The notes beneath the pieces are model-generated. The model had not been told where the DNA came from. It saw nothing but the letters and a program-made list of their open reading frames with translations, and searched no databases. This document shows, piece after piece, positions 24,589 to 35,082 of a stretch of 45,480 bases of DNA (within the stretch, counting starts at the first letter, position 1; each line of letters begins with the position of its first letter). Origin of the DNA: Octopus bimaculoides (Eukaryota); assembly GCF_001194135.2 (NCBI RefSeq), contig NC_068991.1, positions 75,026,316 through 75,071,795 on the forward strand, given 5' to 3'. Both the position numbers and the translations under genes were made by a program.

Positions 24589-24806
24589 GTGCAGGGCGGT
24601 GAGCTGGCAGAAACGTTAGCACGTCGGGCGAAATGCTTAGCAGTATTTCATCTGTCTTTACGTTCTGAGTTCAAATTCTGCCGAAGTGGACTTTGCCTTT
24701 CATCCTTTTGGGGTCGATAAATTAAGTACCAGTTGAGTACTGGGGTTGATCTAATCGACTGGTACCCTCCCCAACAATGTTGGCCCTTGTGTCTAGAGTA
24801 GAAACG
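24589..24806 (+). mobile_element. tRNA-derived SINE, family A (~215 bp), with TSD
   Basis: Head GGCGGTGAGCTGGCAGAAACGTTAGC, B-box-like GAGTTCAAATTC, body CTTTGCCTTTCATCCTTTTGGGGTCGATAAATTAAGTACCAGTT; flanks AATATATCTTGA (24577-24588) and AATATATGTTGA (24807-24818), 11/12. Confidence 0.85.
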
Positions 24807-25380
24807 AATATATGTTGATCGCATAGTAGAAGTGTTTTATATTTTGATACAATATTTCTGAATGAACATGTGTCCATTCAAAGAGATTGTTAATAATATA
24901 AAAGTATACAACTATTTTTTTTTTCTTTTAGAATTTGGATTTAACTGAGAATCCATTAAAGTAATAAATAGATAATATTTTGCTCTTTTAGTTGAAAGCG
25001 CTACGAGTTTGCACCAATCTATATTAACAGAAGACAACCATTTTCTTTGCTCTACCTGCTTGGCAACAGAGAAGGTGAAACAAATAAGAAGAAGAAGAAG
25101 AACAACAACAAAGCATGCTAAACTCACTGGAAATTGTTAATTCATTTTAAAGTTTGTGGTGCTGTGAGTGAATCTCCTCACTTAAGCAGCACGTCAGCAT
25201 GTTTTGTATTACCATGGCTGTAAGGCAGAGTAATGAACCATGTTGTAAGATGCAGACTCATTATTGCAACCGGATGTACGCTCATGCGGTAGACAATAAG
25301 AGTTTAACATTTTATCAAGTTAACCACACGCCATGATGTGTGTGTGTGTATGGCTAATGTAACACATGTTTATACCTTAT

Positions 25381-25800
25381 ACCTTTCGTTTGCTTGTTTT
25401 AGTCATTAGACTGTGGCCATGCTGGAACACCACCATAAGGAATTTTAGTCAAATGAATCAACCCCCAGTACTTTTTAGTGTTTCAGTTTATTTTAAGCCT
25501 GAGCATTTATTCTGTTGGTCTCTTTTTGCCGAACCGCTAACTTACTGGGATGGAAACACACTGACACTGGCTGCCAGGTAATGGTAGGGTACATACACAG
25601 ACACAAAGACACACACACACACACACAGATATATACAACAGGCTTCTTTCAGTCTCCATCTACCAAATCCACTCACAAAGCTTCAGCTGGTCTGAGACTA
25701 CACTGGAAGACGTTTGTCCAAGATGCCATGCAGTGGGTCTGAACCCAGAACCATGTGGTTGCCAAGCAAGCTTCTTACCACACAACCAATCCTGCACCTA
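25381..25800 (-). mobile_element. SINE family B, full length, CpG-decayed
   Basis: Colinear with 38941-39363 from the GTCATTAGACTGTGGCCATGCTGG tail to the CTTCTTACCACACAACCAATCCTGCACCTA head. Confidence 0.8.
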
Positions 25801-26415
25801 TACAGGTGCTGTCAGGCAATGTGTGGGTATGGAATTTGCTTCTTAACCTCTTGGTTTTAAGTTCTGTCTCACCTGGGGAAATATCTTGTTATAGCCCTGG
25901 GTTAAATAGTGCTCTGTAAGTGGAGTTAGTCGATGGAAACTGCATGACAGCACCTCATGTGTGTTCCATGTGATGGCTTGCATGTTGTATCTTAACCTAA
26001 AATCATGTGACAAAATCAATATGTTATCTTGATGTTCCCAATTAACAAATTGCCCAATAGCTCTGCACATTCAAAGGACACATGGTTGTTTAAATACAGG
26101 TAAGGGTTAATGACAGGAAAAGTACCCAGCTCTCAAAGAATGTCTCTGTAATCAGTGTTTGTCCAAACTATACAAGTATGGGAAAAAATGGATATAAAAC
26201 AATCAGTAAGCATGCTTGTGTGTGTGTGTATACAATCATAATTTTATCATAATTGCTTCTTATGTAACTTATTCATTTTATTTTGTAAAATTGCGTTGCT
26301 CTTTTCTCTGAGTGTTGTTTGAATTATAAAATGGACTTTTCTTATGAATTGAAATTAATGAATTAGAAACTATACGGCTCTTTTGATGTTTGATTTTAGC
26401 ATAGAGTTTTATTTT

Positions 26416-26460
<45 letters not shown>

Positions 26461-26727
26461 ATTTTGAAATGATGTCCAGGGATTTACACTAACTATAAAC
26501 ATTGTGTTATTATTGCTGCAGTTGTTATTATTAATATTATTGTTGTTGCTGTTGTTATTATTTTACCACATTTTCTTACAATGTCAATACCAGCCTCATA
26601 TGTCATTGCATCTCTCCATTCTGTATAATTGATTTCTAAAGTAGTTTCTTAACAATCAATAATGCACTAAAAAGTAGAAATATTACTTTGATCTCATTTG
26701 TTACTTTACTTATTTATTTATCATTAC

Positions 26728-26784
<57 letters not shown>

Positions 26785-27199
26785 TATTATTATTATTATC
26801 ATTATTACTATTGTTGTTGTTGTTGTTTTGTCTTGATGTACTTTGTTTTCTTTTTTCTTACATTTAGATAAATATGTTTAAAATATTCTGTGTACAAATC
26901 TTATTGTTGGAAGAGCAAACATTGAAAATGTCACGAATTGTGCTGAGGATATTCGTTAAATATTGAAACATGTTATTTTATATTTGGACATTTGTATAGA
27001 TTCTGCCTTTTTTGATAGCCCAAGGTGAAATCTGTTCTATTTGAAGTAAGTTATTTACTGCTGTGTTGAAGGTTTTATTTTCCATTGCGCCACCTGTCTT
27101 CTCCTGCCATGCCCATACCAATCTAATCAAGCATTGTATGAATGATTAGAAGGCCCTGGATCCCTAGGAAGGCATTGATGTTTGTCTAGGGGCCTGTAT

Positions 27200-27440
27200 T
27201 TTTTATTAACTGAAAACCTTTCGTTTTACTGTGAATGTTAGTTTTACAGAAATACTTAGAACCCTGTTTTTATTTTCTGTTAACTTTGAAAACAGCGAAG
27301 AATTTAATGTAGTAACTTTGTCATTATTTATCTGGTGTTTGGAATACAAAATAACATCAGATTTTGATGGAAGGTTTTCGTTTAGATCTCTTTAAGACAA
27401 GTTTGTTTTATAGAACCAGGCAAGGTCACAGATGAGTTGG
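27200..27440. mobile_element. Degenerate relative of the piggyBac-like MITE family
   Basis: Internal similarity (AACTTTGAAAACAGCGAAGAATTTA..AACTTTGTCATTATT..CTGGTGTTTGGAA) to the 10.6 and 11.4 kb copies; termini not recognisable. Confidence 0.4.
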
Positions 27441-28950
27441 TTTCAAATGGATTGTGGATCAAGCTTTTACTTTATTCATTTTTTCCCCACTCTTGTTTTT
27501 TCCTATTTATCTATAATTATTTTAATAATGAAATTGATGCAAATCATGTAGAACATAGCCCCATTGCAGTTAATAGAGACATCGGTTGAGAAATCACAGC
27601 TTTTCATTTTTAAATGTTTGAATTATAACTAATAAGTGTTATATAATGTAAATTAGAAGTTTGGTTGTTTTTCTTAAGACTATAGAGCGTGATCTTAAGG
27701 AGATTTAGCTTCTATTGGTAGCGGTTTGAGTGTCCACGTCTCCTTGGAGATATTCAACAATATAGGCCTTGCTGTAGAAAGATGGTGTTAAGACGTTACA
27801 AGTAGTAGATAAATCACATCCTGTCGTTTTAAAATAAAGGTACTTTGAACAAAAATACCCTTGAAGTATGATAAGCAGATGATTCTGGTCAGAACGATAG
27901 AAAAAGAAACAAAATCGTCTAAATAACATAGAAAGACGTGGTGAGCATGGACGGTAACTGATATCCTGTACAACATCAGTTTAAACGAAACATTAATAAG
28001 TTATGTGGCTGAGAAGTATACATAAGCACAAGTATTACTCTGTGGTTAAGTATTTCACTTCAGATCCACTTGTGCGGGTAGCATCGGGCCCCTTTGGGAC
28101 TGATAAAATAAAATAAAATACCAGTCAAGAACTTTGGGAGGGGTAGCTGATATTGACTGTCCCCTTCTTCAAAAACGCTGGCCTTGTACCTAAATGAGAA
28201 ACCATTATTATTGTTTGGCTTTAAAACTTGTTATTCTTAAACGTACATGTACCATAAAACAATCAATCGTTTATGGAATTTGGAGATGTCTCTTTGATTT
28301 CTTCTATCAATCCCCTTTTATCTTGTAAAACATAAGCAATTGCTGTAAATTCACCGCTTAAGTTTGTTAAATTTCACTTCAACAATTGACTTGAGTTTTT
28401 CTTTCATGAATAACGACCGTCACTCAGTTGTAAGAATCATGCGAGCTGTCGTCTGCATAAACAAAATGGTGTATACGCGTTATTGGTTTATTGGCGTAAT
28501 GTCTCTCGTAGGACACAGCAAAATTGGTTTCAACACACGAATTAACATCAAGAATCTTGCAAATTAAATACAAAACCAGGGTCAAAGGACCAAATCCCGA
28601 ATTAACCAGTGCTGCCTCTACAAAAAAAAAAAACAAAAAAAAAACGATTGCAAACTTGAAGACACCAATGACAACTCCTTTCACGATGTTCTTCCGTCCA
28701 TACGTAGTTTTAATAAAGACTGATCTAATCTTGAGTGAATAATCTTTGAAATTATTCAGATTATCTTATAGAGGGTGTAATCTCACTTTAATTAATAAAT
28801 ACAGTTAAGGATATTATAAATGATTAAACTGATGTTTTTATCTTCAGGTTAGTTTCATAATAACAACAGGACGTTTACTGAGATTCCTTCATTGTGTAAA
28901 AAGTGTCAGTCGCTTCTAATGTGATGGTGGTGTAATATTTATCTGTATTT

Positions 28951-29149
28951 AGGCGGCGAACAGGCAAGGCAGACAAAATGCTTAACGGCATTTCGTCTCT
29001 CTTTTGTTCTGGGTTCAAATTCTGCCAAGGTCGACCTTGCCTTTCATCCTCACAGAGTCAATAAAATAAGTACCAGTTGAGCATTGAGGTCGATATAATC
29101 GACTTACCTCTCCCTTGGAATTGCTAGCCTTGTGTCAAAATTTGAAACC
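28951..29149 (+). mobile_element. SINE family A
   Basis: GGGTTCAAATTCTGCCAAGGTCGACCTTGCCTTTCATCC...ATAAAATAAGTACCAGTT...GCCTTGTG; similar ATATTTA..GTATTT flanks. Confidence 0.8.
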
Positions 29150-31064
29150 AATATATTTACGTATTTTAATGTCTGAATTACAAATATCTGCATTTTATTA
29201 ATATGAAGGAGTTTTGATTAATCTCCAAGATATTTCATAAATATACTAATGAACAAAGATATCAAAATTCTTTCTGTAAAATTATGCCTAGCTATAATTA
29301 ATTGCATAGAGATTTATATATAACATGGCAGAAGTGTTTTTTTTTTCATTGTGAGTTTATTCAATTTAAACTATTGGAAAGCCGAGTTTGTGGCGTTCAA
29401 TTGAAATATCTGTTGTTCCGGAAATATTGAAAATATGTTAGCATTGTTCAATCCATGTTTACGATCTCAACTTGAAAATGTCTCTAAAACATTTGATTTA
29501 CAAGAATTATGCTATTTTAGAATTTATATATACATATATATGCATGCAATATAAACAAACGGTTTCTCTCTCACTCGCTCTCTTTCACACACACTCACAC
29601 AAAACACAACACAATTATTTTTTTATCTATAAAGAGTAGACAAAATTTATCCAAAATCACATTTACAACAAAAACTAGATATTTGTCGGAAATTTAAATA
29701 TAGATAAACCTTTTTTACTCAAAACTTGATAAAAACTTTTATTTACCAAGGAATAGTTTGTTGTTAATTTAAACACTTTATTTTGATTTTTCTCTGATTC
29801 AAATAATATAGTATTCATAATTCCTATTATTTTAAAGCATAAGCGACAGATCACAGATATGAGTCATTCATGACAGTAATACATCAGACAACTGATGTTT
29901 TGATTAGTTTCTCATGAACGGTAACGTTCATAGATTATATCATGTGTCTCTTATAATAGACTGTGTACTTGCTAAATAAAATGAAATAAGAAAAAAAAAA
30001 TCGATGAAAAATATCCACTATAAATCACTATTGTCTGATCGGTGTGTATTCTCGTGTAGTTACGTGCAAAAACTAATGTAAAGTTTACAATAAGATATCA
30101 GTCTGTAACCACAGAAGTTTGCCAAGTATATTTATCTTGTTGATTGCGTTATGAAATTCTCTTTGCATTCAAAAGCTATCAAGGAATGGATAAAGAAATT
30201 AATCGAAACTCTGCGAATGAAGCAATACGTAAAGCGTTATTATAATGGTATTCTCTTCGTGATAGCAAAGAGCAAAGATCTGTTATTTATTTTCAACTTT
30301 TGGTTCGAAATGCTCTACGTTATATTAAATTATGCCGTGCTTGACATAAGTTTAATCGTTAAATTTGACAAAAACATACGCAAGTGGTTTGGCCTAAACA
30401 AGATAGATAGATAGATAGATAGATAGATAAGTAGATAGATAGATAGATGATACATACATACATAGTACCCTTACACACACATACTGAGAAGAAAAGGAAT
30501 AAAGATTGAATAAGGTTAAGAATTTCGTTTTACTATGAAATATTAACATTTTGAAGCATGTTTTTAGTTCCAATTTCAGAAAGTACCAATTAATTTCTGT
30601 TATCTATCAACTTTAATTATAATTATCTACAAGCTTTGTATCTCTGTAAGATAACTTTGGTTATGATCTAAAGTTATTCATCAGTTTTGGTATCTAGATA
30701 TCCTTAACATAACTTTCGTTATATACTGTCATCTGTGAGCCGTTTCCTATCGACAGCCGTGGGATAACCTTTGTTATCTATAGATCAGCTTCTTATCACA
30801 GTTATTTTACTTTTTTTTTTAATCTTATAATTTATCGTTTAATCAGGGGATGCAGAACAGCTCTTATGACCTCTTTAAGGGTTTACATGACTCTGACAGA
30901 ATGAAGGGGAAAAGTTATCTTCACACCTGATATTCTTGATTAAACAACAAACTTCTTACGCAAACTTTCGCTTTATTCTATACATCTGTAAAACGGTAAA
31001 TTTCAAACACAAAGTGCATAGTTTTTTTCTCCACTTACATCGTCATCATTGCATAACAGCACAG

Positions 31065-31096
<32 letters not shown>

Positions 31097-31578
31097 AGAC
31101 ACACACACACACTGTTAACTAATGTATATACAAGCGGTTCTAAACTGTTGTATGAGCCTCACAAAAAAATAAGAAAAAAAAAATCAACATCGTTCTTACT
31201 ACGAAAAAATATTATGAGGAAGTTAAGCACACATGTTAACTTGAGGAATTTTCTTTTAACAGAACCTACAGTAAAGTTCTTACTGTGGTTCTGCAAATTA
31301 GAAGAAAACAAAAACAATAAACCAGGTTGTTGTTGTTTGTCTGAAACCTGTCTTCCATATTGAAGGCAAGATGACTGACTCGAAATTATATTAATTCATC
31401 AAATGCAAACCTTCGTAATGGTTTTCTTTTCTTAATGGTTTTGTTTTTATCATGTAAAGGAATAAAAGCTGATATAAAGTCTAAGAGTTATTGATTACAC
31501 AGTTTGATATTTAAGAGGTGAGGAATTATTTACATTATTTACATTTGACGGATGTTTGTCCTCATCTTGTTTGTTGTT

Positions 31579-31624
31579 AACATAACATTTCGGCTGATAT
31601 ACCCTCCAGCCTTCATCAGGTGTC
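31579..31624 (-). ncRNA. Minimal type I hammerhead ribozyme motif (SINE arm 1)
   Basis: Minus strand GACAC-CTGATGA-A-GGCTG-GAGGGTATAT-CAGCC-GAAA-TGTT-ATGTT. Core and stem II intact; stem III ATGT (C>T from ACGT); one stem I mismatch. Confidence 0.7.
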
Positions 31625-31981
31625 TTGGGGAAATTTCAAACCTGGGTTCTTATTCCGAAAGTATTTTACGATGTTATTATTATTGTTGTTATTCAGGTCA
31701 TTGCCTGGAATCGAACACGGAATCTTGGGGTTTGTAGCCCGCGCTCTTAACCACTACACCTTACACCCGTGGGTTTAGTTGATGTTTTTTTTTTCCAACG
31801 GTTGTAATGGATCCTCTCACGGACGAAGGCATGCCCACGGGCATATGGCATACTGGTTAAGAGCGCGGGCTAATAACTCCAAGGTTCCAAGTTCGATTCC
31901 CAGCAGTGACCTGAATAATAATAATAACAACATCGAAAAATACCTTAGGAAATGAGAACCCAAGTTCAAAATTTCCCCCGA

Positions 31982-32027
31982 AACACCTGATGAAGGCTGG
32001 AGGGTATATCAGCCGAAACATTGTGTT
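31982..32027 (+). ncRNA. Minimal type I hammerhead ribozyme motif (SINE arm 2)
   Basis: Stem I AACAC/GTGTT; core CTGATGA (31987-31993) plus extra A; stem II GGCTG/CAGCC with 10-nt loop; GAAA (32015-32018); stem III region AC-AT then T as H17. Stem III carries G>A relative to the inferred ACGT palindrome. Confidence 0.75.
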
Positions 32028-32169
32028 AACAACAAACAAGATGAGGACAAATATCCGTCAAATGTAGAAAATAATGTAAGTTATTGATTAGTTTGGTAAC
32101 TTTACTAACTTACATAAAACTTGTGAATAGTTTTTAAATCTATTCTCATATAAAATGTTTGTGTATGGT

Positions 32170-32530
32170 CTTCGATCGATGTGAGAAGGCGGGCAACTGG
32201 GCTCTCGTTCATAGGGCCGTGCGTTCGATTCCCGCTGCAGGAGTCGTGTTGAGCTAAACGTTCCACTTCATTTCGCGTACCTCTCTCGTCCACTTAAAAC
32301 CGGACATTATGACTGACCGAGCACCTGCTCGGTGTCCACCTGGCACAGTAGAGTTGACGATTCGGTGGTGCGACAAGAGACCATCAGGATACCCTTTGGT
32401 CAGTTTGTGAACTGGAAACCGCTCCATGCGTGCCGACACGCACTGACAACGATTTGTTTGTCGGAACAAATATAGTTTAGTGTACTTGAATGGTGGGTAA
32501 GGCATCTACCCAGATGTCTACATCCTCTTT
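32170..32530 (+). mobile_element. GC-rich tRNA-headed SINE-like element of a different family
   Basis: B box GTTCGATTCC at 32223-32232 followed by GTGTTGAGC..CACTTCA block and internal palindromes; single copy in window, ends uncertain. Confidence 0.45.
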
Positions 32531-32603
32531 AGAGCCATACGGAACAATCAGCTCAACAATTTCCACATCTCTTTCTCTCACACATATATCTATAAGCAAG
32601 AAT

Positions 32604-32649
<46 letters not shown>

Positions 32650-32749
32650 TCTCTCTCTCTCTCTCTCTCAGATTCAGTAAGAAAGCACCTCGAAAATATA
32701 GAAATCCATAATCAATAGGATGACAATCACACACACACACACACACACA

Positions 32750-33011
32750 NNNNNNNNNNNNNNNNNNNNNNNNNNNNNNNNNNNNNNNNNNNNNNNNNNN
32801 NNNNNNNNNNNNNNNNNNNNNNNNNNNNNNNNNNNNNNNNNNNNNNNNNNNNNNNNNNNNNNNNNNNNNNNNNNNNNNNNNNNNNNNNNNNNNNNNNNNN
32901 NNNNNNNNNNNNNNNNNNNNNNNNNNNNNNNNNNNNNNNNNNNNNNNNNNNNNNNNNNNNNNNNNNNNNNNNNNNNNNNNNNNNNNNNNNNNNNNNNNNN
33001 NNNNNNNNNNN
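32750..33011. other. Assembly gap flanked by (CA)n
   Basis: N run. Confidence 1.
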
Positions 33012-34140
33012 ACACACACACACACATACTATCTCTCAATTCATCTCTCAGTATGTATATAGGTTAACATATTGTAATATGAAATTGCATGTTTACAGTC
33101 GTATCGACTGAAACAAAATCGACACCCCACGCGCACACAACCCCCCCCCCCCAAACTCGTGCCGACACACATGAAAGTCTGAGAGCATAAACTAGCGGCT
33201 CGACTGTATGTATATACACAAACAATACAAGAGACATCTGAAGGGTCTTGTTGAAACGATGTTGGTGTGTTATTTTGTGTGTACGCATGGTCATGTTTCG
33301 GCGCATGTATGTATATTGTGTACGCGTATGCACGCACATGGGGTGCACACGCACCCCTGTGCATGCATGCATGCACGCTCACTGTATATGCACATATACG
33401 CATATATGTGTGTGTATACATAAGCAATAAGATGCATATTTATGCATAGGTGTTTGTGTATATGCACGCACATGCATACAGACGTGCACACGCGTATATA
33501 TGTGCACATGTACTTTCATACGTGTGTGTGTGTGTGTGTGTGTGTGTACGTGAAGCTACTCATCTATCTGCCCTTTCAGTTAGTGACTGCATATGGCTCA
33601 GACACGTGTACCCTAAACGCACCTTTCACTCTTAATCAGCGTGACAGAGGTTAGTCAAGGTTGACCCTTGGAATTACATCAAAAGTTCACCCGGCAGGTG
33701 CGTACATAGCTTCCATTTACTCATTTACACTCACGAAGTGTATATACGGTGGGGGCTATGATAAAAAAGAAAAAAAAAATATTAACTAGGAATTTCTTAA
33801 TGCTCAGACCACGCCGGTTTTCCATACCTGCTCGCTGACACCCACTCACCCATACATACATACGTCCATACACCTACATGCGTACACGTACAGACTTACA
33901 GATGCGTAAACATACATATGCATACACCGCAACTCACATATATATACATATGTGTATACATGACTTTGTATGTACATTTATATTTACATGTTCGTAGAAA
34001 TACATATAAGCGCATATACGCCTAAATTGCTTTGAAGAATTTACACACAAAAGAGTTATACATACATACATACATACGGACATACATACATGTATGCGTA
34101 TGTATGTATGTACGTATACACGCACATATGTATGTATGCT

Positions 34141-34179
<39 letters not shown>

Positions 34180-34311
34180 GATTGCGTGTGTGTGTTATTG
34201 CTTTAATGTTCTGAAGAAGAAGAAAGAGAAAAGTAGGAAATTAATGCAGGTAACAAAATTGTTATAAAAGTATTGTAAAGTAATTGGAGTATATATATAT
34301 ATATATATATA

Positions 34312-34736
34312 NNNNNNNNNNNNNNNNNNNNNNNNNNNNNNNNNNNNNNNNNNNNNNNNNNNNNNNNNNNNNNNNNNNNNNNNNNNNNNNNNNNNNNNNN
34401 NNNNNNNNNNNNNNNNNNNNNNNNNNNNNNNNNNNNNNNNNNNNNNNNNNNNNNNNNNNNNNNNNNNNNNNNNNNNNNNNNNNNNNNNNNNNNNNNNNNN
34501 NNNNNNNNNNNNNNNNNNNNNNNNNNNNNNNNNNNNNNNNNNNNNNNNNNNNNNNNNNNNNNNNNNNNNNNNNNNNNNNNNNNNNNNNNNNNNNNNNNNN
34601 NNNNNNNNNNNNNNNNNNNNNNNNNNNNNNNNNNNNNNNNNNNNNNNNNNNNNNNNNNNNNNNNNNNNNNNNNNNNNNNNNNNNNNNNNNNNNNNNNNNN
34701 NNNNNNNNNNNNNNNNNNNNNNNNNNNNNNNNNNNN
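34312..34736. other. Assembly gap flanked by (TA)n and poly(T)
   Basis: N run. Confidence 1.
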
Positions 34737-35049
34737 TTTTTTTTTTTTTTTTTTTTTTAATGAATCGGCATTTAATCACCTATGGAAATTAGATGATCCT
34801 TGTAATGCGTTCTTGGAAAGGAAGGAGATGGTAATCCGTCCATGAAAGAGAACCTCTCTGGAAAGAAGTAGTATGTGAAGAAGAAGAAGAAGGAGAAGGA
34901 AAAGAAGAAGAAGAAGAAAAAGAAGATGATGATGATGATAATGAAGAAATAGAAAGAGTGAGATGCGCGCTAAGAGCCAGCCGCATCGAGTTGTGTGCAG
35001 AGAAATAAGCAGAACAGTTTTCTTTCTTTCTTTCTTTCTTACTCTCTCG

Positions 35050-35082
<33 letters not shown>

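Larger units (their letters stand above)
31498..32078. mobile_element. Head-to-head inverted dimer of a tRNA-derived SINE with hammerhead-bearing tails, flanked by one 12-bp direct repeat
   Basis: Arm 1 minus 31498-31773, spacer 31774-31833, arm 2 plus 31834-32078; arms roughly 85-88% identical by eye. Each head has an A box (TGGCATACTGG 31846-31856) and B box (GTTCGATTCC 31891-31900; reverse copy 31707-31716). AGTTATTGATTA at 31486-31497 and 32079-32090. Confidence 0.85.

Noticed and set aside
30709-30726. Resemblance to a loxP half-site (ATAACTTTCGTTATA)
   Set aside because: Partial match only, no second arm at 8-bp spacing, no recombinase context.
31834-31910. tRNA gene (A and B boxes present; also 31700-31773 on minus)
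   Set aside because: No proper acceptor stem, anticodon loops differ between copies, and each continues into a repeat body: SINE heads.
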